The position numbers and the translations under genes were made by a program. Below are positions 1 through 14,149 of a stretch of DNA of 29,232 nt, piece after piece. Under the pieces are notes generated by a model. The model had not been told where the DNA came from and made no database searches. It saw only the letters and a list, made by a program, of their open reading frames with translations. The DNA is from an uncultured Deinococcaceae bacterium (GTDB lineage Bacteria; Deinococcota; Deinococci; Deinococcales; Deinococcaceae), in contig CAXULY010000055.1 in assembly GCA_964252075.1 (NCBI GenBank), positions 1-29,232 on the forward strand. The letters are read 5' to 3'. Within the stretch, counting starts at the first letter, position 1. Every line of letters begins with the position of its first letter.

Positions 1-281
<281 letters not shown>

Positions 282-369
282 TCATCCTGCCCCCGTCGGG
301 TGGCCCCTCCAGAGGTGTAGCGCTGACACTATATACCGGAGCCCGGTCAAGGCGCCTTCAGACGCGCGA

Positions 370-1452
370 TTACACCCGCAGGGGCACCACCACCGCGAGG
401 TACCCCTGATCGCCCGCAGCGCGGAACATGGCGGGCGTCGTCGAGCCGCTGAACAGCAGCTCCGCGTCCCCCTCAATGGGGGTCAGGGCGTCCAGCACGT
501 ACTTGGCGTTGAAGCCCAGACTCATGGCGGGCTCGCTGCCCTCCTGCGCCACCTCCAGGGTGTCCTGCGCGCGGCCGTAATCGCCCTCCGCGGCGAGGCG
601 CAGGGTCCCTTCCGAGATCAGGAACTCCACGCGGTTGTTGGCGTTCTTGTCGGCCAGCACCGCCACGCGCGACACCGCCTCCTTGAGGGCGTTCGCGGGC
701 AGGCGCACCGAGAGGCGGATGTCACGGGGAATCACGCGCTCGTAGGGCGGGAACTCGCCGTCCATCAGCTTCACGTTCATGCGCGCGCGGTCGGTCGTGA
801 TGCCCAGTTGCCCCTCACCGTACGCGAGGCGCACCTCGCCGTCTTTCAGCACCCGGATGAGTTCGTCGGCGCTTCGGGCAGGCATGATGAGGCCCCGCAG
901 GTCACCGTGGCTGGGGAAGTCCCGCAGAGCCAGCCGGAAGCCGTCGCTGGCGACCACGCGCGCCTGCCCCTCGATCTGCTCCAGCTTGATGCCGCGGAAG
1001 ACCGCCTGGAACGCCTCATTGCTCGCCGCGTACCGCACGCTCTGCAGGGAGCGCGCGAGCTCAGCGGCGTCCAGACTGGCGTCCGCCTGCTCGGCGAACA
1101 CCAGTTCCGGATAGGCGCTGAGGTCACCCGTCTGCAGTTTGAAGTCAGAGCCGCTGGCCCGGACGGCAAGTTCCTGGCCGGTGAGTTCCAGTTCCACAAG
1201 TTCACCGCCCAGGTTCCGCACGATCTGCGCGAACAGGTGCGCGGGGACGACGAAGGCACTGTCATCAATCACTTCAGCAGGCACGAAGCAGCTGAGGTCA
1301 ATTTCGAGGTTGGTGCCCGTGAGGGTCAGGCCTCGTGGTCCGGCCTCCACCTTCAGGCTTGTGAGGAGGGGATTGCTGGAGCGGGATGGGACAATTCGCT
1401 CCAGCAATCCCAGCCCCTCATTGAGGGTCTTTTTGGTCACCTGCGCACGCAT
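370..1452 (-). CDS. dnaN: DNA polymerase III beta sliding clamp
   Basis: 360 aa with [28 protein letters not shown] and [11 protein letters not shown] motifs; downstream of dnaA. Confidence 0.98.
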   Translation of the reverse strand: MRAQVTKKTLNEGLGLLERIVPSRSSNPLLTSLKVEAGPRGLTLTGTNLEIDLSCFVPAEVIDDSAFVVPAHLFAQIVRNLGGELVELELTGQELAVRASGSDFKLQTGDLSAYPELVFAEQADASLDAAELARSLQSVRYAASNEAFQAVFRGIKLEQIEGQARVVASDGFRLALRDFPSHGDLRGLIMPARSADELIRVLKDGEVRLAYGEGQLGITTDRARMNVKLMDGEFPPYERVIPRDIRLSVRLPANALKEAVSRVAVLADKNANNRVEFLISEGTLRLAAEGDYGRAQDTLEVAQEGSEPAMSLGFNAKYVLDALTPIEGDAELLFSGSTTPAMFRAAGDQGYLAVVVPLRV

Positions 1453-1726
1453 CTTCTTTAACCTCTCTTTTCTTTAAGAAGAATAGTAGTAGTAGTAATA
1501 AGGGTTGTGGATACTGTGGAAAACTGAACTGGGAACTGTCCCAGACGCCCTTTTCTGTGTGGATAAAGTTGTGGACAACTCGACCTTGGCTGTGGATAAG
1601 CTGTGGACAAACATGGCGGTTATCCACAGGCTTCTGTGCAAGCGGGTTATCCACACCTTTGTCCACAGGAAATCCACAGGCTTATCCACAGGTTTTTCCA
1701 CAGATCGTGACAGTTGGCACGAGCCT
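1453..1726. other. oriC: Replication origin oriC (dnaA-dnaN intergenic)
   Basis: AT-rich stretch followed by 12 DnaA-box matches. Perfect TTATCCACA/TGTGGATAA at 1558, 1591, 1620, 1647, 1682; 1-2 mismatch boxes at 1506, 1515, 1570, 1602, 1659, 1670, 1694. Confidence 0.96.
1475..1514 (+). promoter_or_regulatory. Basal unwinding element: DnaA-trios, G cluster and adjacent DnaA box
   Basis: In-phase NAN triplets TAA GAA GAA TAG TAG TAG TAG TAA TAA (1475-1501), GGG (1502-1504), then box TGTGGATAC (1506-1514). Matches the DnaA-trio layout described for Bacillus subtilis oriC. Confidence 0.85.
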
Positions 1727-3085
1727 TTAAACCTCAGCTTCCACGCCCTGCAGGCGGCGACGGATGGCGTCAATCTGCGCCGTTAGGTCTCGGTCGCGAC
1801 CCACCTGATCGCCAATTTTCTGAATGGCGTGCAACACCGTGGAATGGTCGCGGCCGAAGAACTGCCCGATTTCTGGCAGGGAGTGCGTGGTCAACTCGCG
1901 AATCAGGAACATGGCCACCTGCCGGGGTAACACCACCTCTCGCGCGCGCCCAGCCGTGCGCAAGGTGTCGGACTCCACCTCAAAGTGAGCTGCAGTGGCG
2001 CGCAGCACATCCGCCATCTCGATCGCCTGCGCGGCCTGCGAGGTGAACACATCACTCAGGGCTTTCGCGGCGACTGCGCGGCTGAAAGGCAGGTTGTTCA
2101 GGCTGGAGTACGCCACGACACGCATCATGGCGCCTTCAAGTTCACGGATGTTGCTCGTCACCTGACGCGCAATCAGCTCCAGCACCTCCTGAGGGATATC
2201 GATCATGCTGTGCTCGGCGTTCATCTTGAGGATCGCGACCCTGGTCTCGTACTCCGGACTCTGAATGTCCGTGATGAGGCCCCATTCAAAGCGGCTCCTC
2301 AATCGGCTCTCCAGGGTCTGGATGTCCTTGGGCGGCCGGTCGGAGCTGAGGATGATCTGCTTGTGGTTCTCGTAGAGGGCGTTGAAGGTGTGGAAAAACT
2401 CCTCCTGTGTCCGTTCCTTCCCCGCGAGGAACTGGATGTCGTCCACCAGAAGGAGGTCCACGGACCGGTACCGGTTCCTGAACTGCGCCATCTTGTCATC
2501 GCGAATGGCGTTGATAAGGTCGTTCGTGAAGCTCTCGGTGGACACGTACTCCACCCGCTTTTCCGGGTGTCGCTCGGCCACGTAGTGCCCCACGGCGTGC
2601 ATCAGGTGCGTTTTGCCAAGCCCCACGTCCCCGTAGAGAAACAGGGGGTTGTAGGTCTTGCCTGGCGATTCCGCAACCGCCAGAGACGCCGCGTGCGCCA
2701 GGTTGTTGTTCGGGCCCACCACGAAATTCTCAAACGTGTACTTCGGGTTGAGCGATTTGCGGTTCGCCTCTATGGTTTGCATCACGTGTGGAGGCAGGTG
2801 CCTTGGAAGGCTGGGTTCGGGGCTGATCATGGCTTCCTGAACAGCTGGCAGCACCTGAAAGCTGACCTGCGGGTGCTGTGCACCGAGGCTGCGCAGGGCG
2901 TCCTCCAGCAGTTCAAGGTAGTGTTTTCGGAACCACTCCTGGGCGAAGGAATTGCGCACGCCCAGCACCATGGAGCCCTGCTGGACGCCGAGCGGTTTCA
3001 CGGGGGCAAACCATGTGTGATATTCAACTTCAGAAATATTTTTCCGGACGTACACCAGTACGTCCGACCAGATCTCTTGTGAGAT
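1727..3085 (-). CDS. dnaA: Chromosomal replication initiator DnaA (probable ATC start at 3085; the ORF track extends it to 3133)
   Basis: [17 protein letters not shown] (Walker A), [25 protein letters not shown] and RDHSTVLHA motifs. AAGGAGGT SD lies 6 nt upstream of the ATC. Confidence 0.98.
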   Translation of the reverse strand: MSQEIWSDVLVYVRKNISEVEYHTWFAPVKPLGVQQGSMVLGVRNSFAQEWFRKHYLELLEDALRSLGAQHPQVSFQVLPAVQEAMISPEPSLPRHLPPHVMQTIEANRKSLNPKYTFENFVVGPNNNLAHAASLAVAESPGKTYNPLFLYGDVGLGKTHLMHAVGHYVAERHPEKRVEYVSTESFTNDLINAIRDDKMAQFRNRYRSVDLLLVDDIQFLAGKERTQEEFFHTFNALYENHKQIILSSDRPPKDIQTLESRLRSRFEWGLITDIQSPEYETRVAILKMNAEHSMIDIPQEVLELIARQVTSNIRELEGAMMRVVAYSSLNNLPFSRAVAAKALSDVFTSQAAQAIEMADVLRATAAHFEVESDTLRTAGRAREVVLPRQVAMFLIRELTTHSLPEIGQFFGRDHSTVLHAIQKIGDQVGRDRDLTAQIDAIRRRLQGVEAEV

Positions 3086-3091
3086 AGCCGC

Positions 3092-3125
3092 ACCTCCTTC
3101 GGTCCGTGCTGCGCGCATCATAGCA
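3092..3125 (-). promoter_or_regulatory. dnaA extended -10 (TGCTATGAT, 3125-3117) and Shine-Dalgarno (AAGGAGGT, 3099-3092)
   Basis: Read directly on the minus strand; spacing is consistent with a TSS near 3110. Confidence 0.7.
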
Positions 3126-3172
3126 GGCGCCATGGTGCTCTTCTCTCAAGGGTGAGAAACCGCATCAACAGT

Positions 3173-3204
3173 TGTGGATAAGTTGTCCACAAGGCTGTGG
3201 ATAA
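3173..3204. promoter_or_regulatory. Second DnaA-box cluster between the divergent dnaA and mnmG promoters
   Basis: TGTGGATAA 3173-3181, TTGTCCACA 3183-3191, TGTGGATAA 3196-3204. Confidence 0.9.
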
Positions 3205-3235
3205 CTTACTTGCCATGAAGCGGTAAACTTGCTGG

Positions 3236-5065
<1,830 letters not shown>

Positions 5066-5073
5066 GGTCAGAA

Positions 5074-5089
5074 TGTTTCACGGGAAACT
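5074..5089. promoter_or_regulatory. parS: parS-like site 2 (TGTTTCACGGGAAACT)
   Basis: 14/16 match to TGTTTCACGTGAAACA; origin-proximal and upstream of parAB. Confidence 0.82.
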
Positions 5090-5110
5090 TGACGGTGAAA
5101 CAAGGAGCGA

Positions 5111-5437
5111 ATGACAGAATTCGAGCAGGGGCTGTTGGTGGGTGTGCTCGTGGGTGAGGGGCATTTCGGTGGGGATGGCAAGCAGCCGCAGGTGACGGTG
5201 CGCATGCATGTGCGCCACGAGCGACTGTTCCAGCAGCTGCTTCAGCTGTGCCCGGGCTCCAAACTGTACGGCCCGTACGACCACGGGGGCCGCCACTACT
5301 ACCAGTGGATGGCGCGTGGCGCGGTGCTGCGGGAGCAACTGGTGCCGGTGCTCGACCGCCTTCCTTTGCAGGACATTGACGGGCATGTGTACGAGCGCTA
5401 CCTCGAAATGAAACGGAAGTACATGCATGACACCTGA
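5111..5437 (+). CDS. Small single-motif LAGLIDADG-like protein (108 aa)
   Basis: N-terminal [13 protein letters not shown] resembles the LAGLIDADG helix (xLAGxxDGEGxF), followed by strand/helix/strand segments ([23 protein letters not shown]). AAGGAG precedes the ATG and the stop overlaps the rsmG start. Family call is by eye. Confidence 0.7.
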   Translation: MTEFEQGLLVGVLVGEGHFGGDGKQPQVTVRMHVRHERLFQQLLQLCPGSKLYGPYDHGGRHYYQWMARGAVLREQLVPVLDRLPLQDIDGHVYERYLEMKRKYMHDT

Positions 5438-6149
5438 GGGCGAGGAACTGCTGCGGACCGGCACCGCCGAGTTGGGCCTGAACATCCAGACTCACCTCGA
5501 AACCTTTTCGCGCTTCCAGGCGATTCTCCAGGACGCCTCGACCCGGACCAACCTGACGGCCCTGCACCAGGAAAGGGACATCGTGCTCAAGCACTTCGTG
5601 GACTCGCTCACCTGCCTTCGGGGTGGGCATTTAACGGGTGCGCTGACCGTGCTGGATCTGGGCACCGGTGCCGGATTTCCAGGCCTGCCCCTCGCCATTG
5701 TGCAACCAGAACTGCAGGTCAGTCTGCTGGACGCCACGCGCCGCAAGATTGAATTTGTGAACAGCACCATTGAGGCCCTCGGCCTTCAAAACGCGCGCGG
5801 AGTGGTGGGCCGTGCAGAAACGACAGGACGCGATCCTGGTATGCGGGGACATCACGACCGGGTGGTGACACGCGCCGTCAGTGCCCTTCCCGTGCTGATC
5901 GAACTGGCCCTGCCACTTTTGCAAATCGGGGGTCTGCTGGTCGCACAGAAGGCGCGGCTGGAGGATTCTGAACTCCATGCAGGTGAGGGCGCTGCCCAGG
6001 AGGTGGGCGGGCGCATCGTGGCGCTCGAGCGTTTCCGCCTGCCGATCCTGGATGACCCCCGCGCCCTGGTGGTCGTGGAGAAGACGCGCGAGACGCCAAC
6101 CCGGTATCCGCGCCGTGAGGGCGTGCCAGCCAAGCATCCGCTATCCTGA
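5427..6149 (+). CDS. rsmG: 16S rRNA m7G527 methyltransferase RsmG (GidB)
   Basis: [33 protein letters not shown] and [12 protein letters not shown] motifs. Confidence 0.97.
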   Translation: MTPEGEELLRTGTAELGLNIQTHLETFSRFQAILQDASTRTNLTALHQERDIVLKHFVDSLTCLRGGHLTGALTVLDLGTGAGFPGLPLAIVQPELQVSLLDATRRKIEFVNSTIEALGLQNARGVVGRAETTGRDPGMRGHHDRVVTRAVSALPVLIELALPLLQIGGLLVAQKARLEDSELHAGEGAAQEVGGRIVALERFRLPILDDPRALVVVEKTRETPTRYPRREGVPAKHPLS

Positions 6150-6156
6150 CACCAGC

Positions 6157-6889
6157 GTGAAGATACTCGGGATCGTCAATCAGAAGGGCGGGGTGGGGAA
6201 GACCACCACCGCCGTGAACCTGGCCGCCTACCTCGCGGCTGAGGGACAGCGGACCCTGCTGGTGGACATGGACCCGCAGGGCAACGCATCGAGCGCGGTG
6301 GGCGCCCGGGAAGCCGAGGCGGGCGTGTATGAATCCCTCAGTGAACCGGCACGCCTGGCTGACCTGGTGCAGGCCACCGGGCAGGAGGGCCTGTGGGTGC
6401 TGCCCGCCACGCCGGACCTCGTGGGCGCAGGTGTGGAACTCATTGATGAGCCGCTGGCGCTGCGCCGCATGTTGAATGGGCTCACAGGATATGACGTCGT
6501 GGTGATTGACGGCCCGCCCAGCCTGGGGCCCATCACCGTGAATGTTCTAGCGGCCGCCGAAGCACTCGTGATTCCATTGCAGGCGGAATATTTCGCGCTG
6601 GAAGGCATCGCCGGCCTCGTGGATACGGTCGAACGCGTGCGGTCCGGCTTGAACCCACGACTGCAGATCCTCGGCATTGTGGTCACCATGTTCGACGGCC
6701 GCACGAACCTCGCGCAGCAGGTGGAGGAAAACGTGCGCAGCCACTTCGGGGAACTGGTGTTCATGAGCGTCATTCCCCGCAACGTGCGCCTCAGCGAGGC
6801 GCCCAGCTTCGCCCGGCCCATCAACAGCTTCGCGCCGCTCTCCAGCGGAGCGGCCGCCTACAAGCGCCTCGCGGAGGAGGTGATGCAGC

Positions 6890-6906
<17 letters not shown>
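6157..6906 (+). CDS. parA: Chromosome partitioning ATPase ParA/Soj (GTG start at 6157)
   Basis: [16 protein letters not shown] deviant Walker [30 protein letters not shown]. Confidence 0.97.
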
Positions 6907-7720
<814 letters not shown>

Positions 7721-7734
7721 CGCCGCGCGGCAGA

Positions 7735-7766
7735 AGGGAGGGCCGCCCGACAGGGCGGCCCTCCCT
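7735..7766. terminator. Hairpin between convergent parB and the VanW-family gene
   Basis: AGGGAGGGCCGCCC-GACA-GGGCGGCCCTCCCT, 14-bp perfect stem. Confidence 0.8.
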
Positions 7767-7775
7767 ATTAACTCA

Positions 7776-9086
7776 TCAGCGTTTCGTGCCCACCATGAAG
7801 ATGTTCGGCCAGGGGCGGTACGAGCTGCGCAAGGTGTCCCGCCGCAGCACGCTGCCGTCCTTCTGGCGTAGCACCCGCTGCACCTCGATGGTGGCGCCGG
7901 GCGCCGCCCAGTCCACCTGCACGCGCCGCCCCACGGGCAGCGTGGGGTCGCTCAGCAGGCGGTCCCGTGGCGCGGGCCGACTGGCGAGCACCCTGGGCGC
8001 GCCAACCTCCACGGTGTATTCCTGCGGCTTCCCGAAGACCTGCACCTCCAGGCTGTGCGCCTCGTCATCCCAGTCCGCCTGGAACCACAGGGCGCCGCCG
8101 CTGGTGTTCTGGAAGCGCAGGTCCTGGCTGGGTTGGTAGATGGTGGCGTCGAGGCCCTGCGGGTCGTAGTAGTGCACCTGGTAGCTGTGGTTGCGGCGCT
8201 CCACGATGGGCAGTCCCGCGCCGTACAGGGCGCGGAAGACGGTGGTGCTGACCTGACAGATGCCGCCCCCCACGCCCGTCGCGGTGCGGTCGCCCGCGAT
8301 CACGAGGCCCGGGACGAACCCGTTGCGCGCACTCACGAGGCCCACCGTGTCGTTGAAGGAGAACACCTTGCCGCTCACGAGGCGGTCCTGAAACTGCCGC
8401 GCGCCCACGTGGATGTTCGTGACGCGCGCGGGGCTGGAGCCGTAGTACGTGGTCTCACCGCTGCCCAGCAGGGCCGTGATGCCCTTGGACACGAAAAAGT
8501 CGATGGTGCGTTTGGGCGGGGTGGTGGTGAGGGGGCGCACCGCGATGTTCACGGTCGCGCCGCCCGCCGCGTTCCCAGTCAGCGCCGCCTTGAGGGCCCG
8601 CCGGGCACCGTCCGCGTCCACGGTGTACCCGTCGTGCTGCACGAGGGCCCAGCCATCCGTGAACTCCTCGAAGCGGGTCTCGACGGGCCGCGCGGGAATG
8701 CTCGCGAGGAAGGCCTTCAGGTCCGCGTCCACGCTGCTGGAGAAGCCGCCCTTGGCGCGCAGCGCCGCCACCCGCGCCTGGCTGAGGTCCAGGCTGCGGC
8801 GCAGGGTGGAGGTGCCCACCACGTTGCGCTCCACCACGCGGATGGGCGCCTCGAACACCACGTGGATGTCCGCGGCCGGCGGCGGCGCGGCCTGCGCGGG
8901 CGCCACACTGGCGGGCGCTGCAGGCGCAGCCAGCGGTGCGCTGCTGGCTGGGGGGGACGTCGGGGGGGCGTCGTCCGTCGTGGCGGGCAGGGACGGGACG
9001 CTGCTGGGCGCATCGGACTGCGCCCGGGCCCCCGGCAGGAGCGCGGTTGCCGCGAGCAGCAGGAACAGCGGGAGGGACGGCTTCAC
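7776..9086 (-). CDS. Exported VanW-family protein
   Basis: Signal peptide, Pro/Ala-rich linker, [29 protein letters not shown] and GLDATIY..DLRFQN motifs. Confidence 0.88.
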   Translation of the reverse strand: MKPSLPLFLLLAATALLPGARAQSDAPSSVPSLPATTDDAPPTSPPASSAPLAAPAAPASVAPAQAAPPPAADIHVVFEAPIRVVERNVVGTSTLRRSLDLSQARVAALRAKGGFSSSVDADLKAFLASIPARPVETRFEEFTDGWALVQHDGYTVDADGARRALKAALTGNAAGGATVNIAVRPLTTTPPKRTIDFFVSKGITALLGSGETTYYGSSPARVTNIHVGARQFQDRLVSGKVFSFNDTVGLVSARNGFVPGLVIAGDRTATGVGGGICQVSTTVFRALYGAGLPIVERRNHSYQVHYYDPQGLDATIYQPSQDLRFQNTSGGALWFQADWDDEAHSLEVQVFGKPQEYTVEVGAPRVLASRPAPRDRLLSDPTLPVGRRVQVDWAAPGATIEVQRVLRQKDGSVLRRDTLRSSYRPWPNIFMVGTKR

Positions 9087-9149
9087 CCCCGCAGTGTTTC
9101 ACATGCCGCGCGCCACAGCTGAGCCGTGGCTTCCAGTGCCCTTAAAGGA

Positions 9150-9175
9150 AAGGGCCGCCCACCTGGGCGGCCCTT
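9150..9175 (-). terminator. Hairpin downstream of rnj
   Basis: AAGGGCCGCCC-ACCT-GGGCGGCCCTT, followed by a T-rich run on the minus strand. Confidence 0.8.
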
Positions 9176-9182
9176 CTTCCGT

Positions 9183-10823
<1,641 letters not shown>

Positions 10824-11011
10824 AACACTCCTTTGGCCGCGTCAATACGTGGTGCGGCATGGATGCAGATATCAATTGTTGCGGCCACATGTGGCGTCGC
10901 AGTTGCTTCAAGAATAACACGGGGCGCTTCTCGAAAGGCGGCGCACCTGACGCTTGATGAAACCTTATGTGACTTCGGAAACACACGCACCCTGATTGGT
11001 ATCATGAAGGC

Positions 11012-11677
11012 GTGACGACACAACGCATCCTGGTGATTGAGGACGACCAAGACATCGCCAATGTTCTGCGGCTGGACCTCACCGACGCCGGATTCGAGGT
11101 CGCCCACGCCGACGCTGCCATGAACGGCCTGATCAAGGCGCGTGAGCAGCACCCCGACCTGATCCTGCTCGACCTGGGCCTCCCCGACTTCGACGGCGGT
11201 GACGTGGTGCAGCGCCTGCGCAAGAACTCCAGCGTGCCCATCATTGTGCTCACCGCGCGCGACACGGTGGACGAGAAGGTGCGCCTGCTGGGGCTCGGCG
11301 CGGACGACTACGTGATCAAGCCCTTCCACCCCGACGAACTGCTCGCGCGCATCAAGGTGCAGCTGCGCCAGCGCGGCAGCGAGGCCCTCACCATTGGGGA
11401 TCTGGAGCTCGACCCGCAGAAGCGCCTCGCGCGCTACAAGACCGAGGAACTGCACCTGTCCCCCAAGGAGTTCGACATCCTTGCGCTCCTCATGCGTCAG
11501 CCGGGCCGCGTGTACTCCCGCCAGGAGATCGGCGACGAGATCTGGCAGGGCCGCCTCCCGGAAGGCAGCAACGTGGTGGACGTGCACATGGCGAACCTGC
11601 GCGCCAAGCTGCGCGACCTCGACGGCTATGGCCTGCTGCGCACGGTGCGCGGTGTCGGTTACGCCATCCGAGCCTGA
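11012..11677 (+). CDS. drRRA: OmpR-family response regulator, likely DrRRA (D. radiodurans DR2418) ortholog
   Basis: Receiver domain (IEDD, LLDLGLPDFDG, KPF) plus winged helix (NVVDVHMANLRAKL, TVRGVGY). Closely resembles the DrRRA sequence as recalled and sits next to RNase J. Orthology was not checked by search. Confidence 0.85.
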   Translation: MTTQRILVIEDDQDIANVLRLDLTDAGFEVAHADAAMNGLIKAREQHPDLILLDLGLPDFDGGDVVQRLRKNSSVPIIVLTARDTVDEKVRLLGLGADDYVIKPFHPDELLARIKVQLRQRGSEALTIGDLELDPQKRLARYKTEELHLSPKEFDILALLMRQPGRVYSRQEIGDEIWQGRLPEGSNVVDVHMANLRAKLRDLDGYGLLRTVRGVGYAIRA

Positions 11678-11681
11678 AGGC

Positions 11682-11722
11682 AAAGAGGGGGCGCCCGCCT
11701 GTGTGGCGGGCGCCCCCTCTTT
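11682..11722. terminator. Bidirectional terminator
   Basis: AAAGAGGGGGCGCCCGCC-TGTGT-GGCGGGCGCCCCTCTTT-type stem of 18 bp with A/T tails, between convergent genes. Confidence 0.88.
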
Positions 11723-11727
11723 TGCCC

Positions 11728-12834
11728 TTACTGGGGCCGCACGCCGAAGGCCACGAAGTTCGAGTACCCCTCCTGCTTCAGCACGTTCAGCTGCCGCGCG
11801 AGATCCGGGTAGCCGTCCCCGACCAGCACGCCCATCCACACGGGGCGCGGGCTGCGCAGGCGCACGTAGCGCGAGAGGTAGCGCAGGTACGTGAGGTTCG
11901 CGGAGTACGCCATCGGCACGAACACGTCCACGCCCGTCCAGCGCGGCCACACCTGCAGCGTCTCGGTCTTGTAGAAGGGGTACGAGGCGTTCACGGCCGC
12001 GCTCACCGTGCCCGCGCCGCCCGCGGCGTGGTAGCTGCGGCTCATGCCGTTCGCGACCTGTGTGAGGAGGTCCTGGCGGAACGCGAACCAGCTGGGACTC
12101 AGGCGGTTGAACTGCCCGCCGCTCTGCGCGCGGAACGCCGCGAGCGCCGCCGGGTGGTACCCGTACTCGTCGCCCGCCGGGTACCGCAGGTAATCCAGGT
12201 GCAGGCCCACCTGGGGGTAATCGCGTCCCAGTTCGCCCGCCAGGGCGTACACCGCCTGCCGCACCGCGAACACCGCGGGGTCCGCGAAGCCCATGTGGTG
12301 CGGCCCGTCCGCCGAGCGCCGCCCGGCGGCGTCCACCGTCTCCCAGTCCGGGTGCTGTGCGAGCAGGCCGCCCTGGTCGCCCGTGCTGGCGGGCGGCTGC
12401 CAGTACAGCGCCTCCACCCAGGCGTGCAGGTGCATGCCGCGCGCCTGCGCGGCGTCCAGGTACTCGCGCAGCACATCCCGACCCGCGAAGGCCGGGTTCG
12501 TGGGTGCGACGGCGCTGGGGTAGATGGTCATGCCGTGGTAGAAGGTCTCCAGGAACACGTCGGTGTACCCGCGCGCTTTCAGGGTGTCCAGCACGTCCCC
12601 GGCGGTGCGCACGTCGGGGCGCAGCCACGCCCCGCGCACCCCGCTGCGCGCCTGCTCCGGCAGACGCTGCGGCTCGGCGGGCCCGGCCACACCTGAGGGC
12701 GGCAGCGGGACCTCCCCGGCAGGGGTGGCGGGCGCGCTCACGGCCAGCAGCGGCTGGACGGGCGTGGGGGGTGGCGGTGCGGGCAGCAGCAGGGCGAACG
12801 CGGACAGGAAGGCCGTGACGAGGGCGCTCAGCAC
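11728..12834 (-). CDS. Exported glycoside hydrolase-like protein (GHL10/DUF187, YddW-like)
   Basis: Signal-like N-terminus; RGAWLRP, VFLETFYHGMTIYPS, GMHLHAW, GLHLDYLRYP and VFVPMAY motifs. Confidence 0.75.
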   Translation of the reverse strand: MLSALVTAFLSAFALLLPAPPPPTPVQPLLAVSAPATPAGEVPLPPSGVAGPAEPQRLPEQARSGVRGAWLRPDVRTAGDVLDTLKARGYTDVFLETFYHGMTIYPSAVAPTNPAFAGRDVLREYLDAAQARGMHLHAWVEALYWQPPASTGDQGGLLAQHPDWETVDAAGRRSADGPHHMGFADPAVFAVRQAVYALAGELGRDYPQVGLHLDYLRYPAGDEYGYHPAALAAFRAQSGGQFNRLSPSWFAFRQDLLTQVANGMSRSYHAAGGAGTVSAAVNASYPFYKTETLQVWPRWTGVDVFVPMAYSANLTYLRYLSRYVRLRSPRPVWMGVLVGDGYPDLARQLNVLKQEGYSNFVAFGVRPQ

Positions 12835-12967
12835 CCCCTCAAGCTAATGTGAAGGCCGCGTTCATGCGGTGGGTTTTGCACCGTCTGACGCACTCCGTCA
12901 GCTGAGGTGCTTCTAAATGGCACTTCTTTCGCCGTTCATGTCGCGCGGGGTACCGTAAGGTGAACAG

Positions 12968-14149
12968 GTGCCCGTTCAAGACCAGCGCTATGGAGCCGCC
13001 GCCTTCGACGCGCTCTCCGCCCACGTCGCCATCCTGGACGCGCACGGCGTCATCCGGGCGGTGAACCGGGCGTGGCGGGACTTCGCGCGCTCCAACGGCG
13101 GCGGCGACGAACTGGGCAGCAACTACCTGAAGGTGTGCGAACACTCCCGCGACCGCGACGCCTACGCCATGGCACGCGGCATTCAGGCGGTGCTGGAGGG
13201 CCGACAGCCGATCTTCGAGCTGGAGTACCCATGCCACTCGCCCACCGAGCAGCGGTACTTCATGGCGCGCGTCACGGCCTTCACGCAGGACGGCGTGCGC
13301 CATGCGGTGGTCGTGCACGAGAACATCACGCGCCGCAAACTCGCCGAGATGGAGGTCATGAGCCTCAACACGCAGCTTGAGCAGCGCGTGCGGGAACGCA
13401 CCGCGGAACTCGCCGAGAAGAACGCCCAGCTCGGCGCCAGCAACGAGGCGCTCGCGCAGTACGCCTACGTCGCCAGCCACGACCTCAAGGAGCCGCTGCG
13501 TATGGTGGGCGTGTACGCCGAGGCGCTCGAACGCCACTTCGGCGAGAACCTGCCGCCGCGCGGGCGGCAGTACATGCGCCACCTGCTGGACGCCGTGGGG
13601 CACATGCACGCCCTCATCGCGGACCTGCTCTCCTACGCGCAGATGCATCAGGCGCAGGCGCGGGACGTGGTGGACATGGACCAGGTGGCGAAGGGCGCGT
13701 GCGACGTGCTGGCCGGCGAGATCGCCGAGAAGGGCGCGCAGGTGCAGCTGCACCCCATGCCGCAGGTGCTGGGTGAGGCGGGGCAGCTCTCGCGCCTGCT
13801 GCAGAACCTTCTGAGCAACGCCATGAAGTTCAGTCAGGACGCCCCGCAGGTGGAGGTGCGCGCCCGCGCCGAGGGGCCCCTCGTGCACTTCGAGGTGGCG
13901 GACCACGGCATCGGCATCGAGGCGCCCTTCCGGGAGCGCATCTTCGGGATGTTCCAGCGCCTGCACCCGCGCGACCGCTACCCGGGCAGCGGCATGGGCC
14001 TCGCCATCTGCCGTCAGATCGTGGAGCGCCACGGCGGGCGCATCTGGGCGGACGCCCGCCCCGGCGGCGGCACCGTCATGCACTTCACGTTGCCGCGCGC
14101 CTTCGTGGACGCCCCCGAGCGGGCGCAGGCCCTCACCGCTCAGGAGTGA
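12968..14149 (+). CDS. Cytoplasmic PAS-domain sensor histidine kinase
   Basis: PAS-like N-terminus, coiled coil, H-box ASHDLKEPLR, N-box QNLLSNAMKF, DHGIGI, GSGMGLAIC. Confidence 0.93.
   Translation: MPVQDQRYGAAAFDALSAHVAILDAHGVIRAVNRAWRDFARSNGGGDELGSNYLKVCEHSRDRDAYAMARGIQAVLEGRQPIFELEYPCHSPTEQRYFMARVTAFTQDGVRHAVVVHENITRRKLAEMEVMSLNTQLEQRVRERTAELAEKNAQLGASNEALAQYAYVASHDLKEPLRMVGVYAEALERHFGENLPPRGRQYMRHLLDAVGHMHALIADLLSYAQMHQAQARDVVDMDQVAKGACDVLAGEIAEKGAQVQLHPMPQVLGEAGQLSRLLQNLLSNAMKFSQDAPQVEVRARAEGPLVHFEVADHGIGIEAPFRERIFGMFQRLHPRDRYPGSGMGLAICRQIVERHGGRIWADARPGGGTVMHFTLPRAFVDAPERAQALTAQE

Noticed and set aside
1418..1786. Small ORFs across oriC
   Set aside because: They are translations of repeated DnaA boxes (VDN/LST/LWI patterns), not proteins.
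5111..5437. Group I intron or intein carrying the LAGLIDADG-like ORF
   Set aside because: mnmG and rsmG are uninterrupted, there are no intein splice motifs, and there is no room for an intron core.
7776..9086. Vancomycin resistance locus
   Set aside because: VanW-domain proteins are widespread, and no vanHAX or vanRS genes are present.
9095..9110. Additional parS site (TGTTTCACATG...)
   Set aside because: Only the left half matches; the right arm is absent.
10965..10980. Radiation/desiccation response motif (DdrO site)-like TTATGT..CGGAA
   Set aside because: The arms span 16 bp rather than the 17 bp of the RDRM, so the match is off by one.
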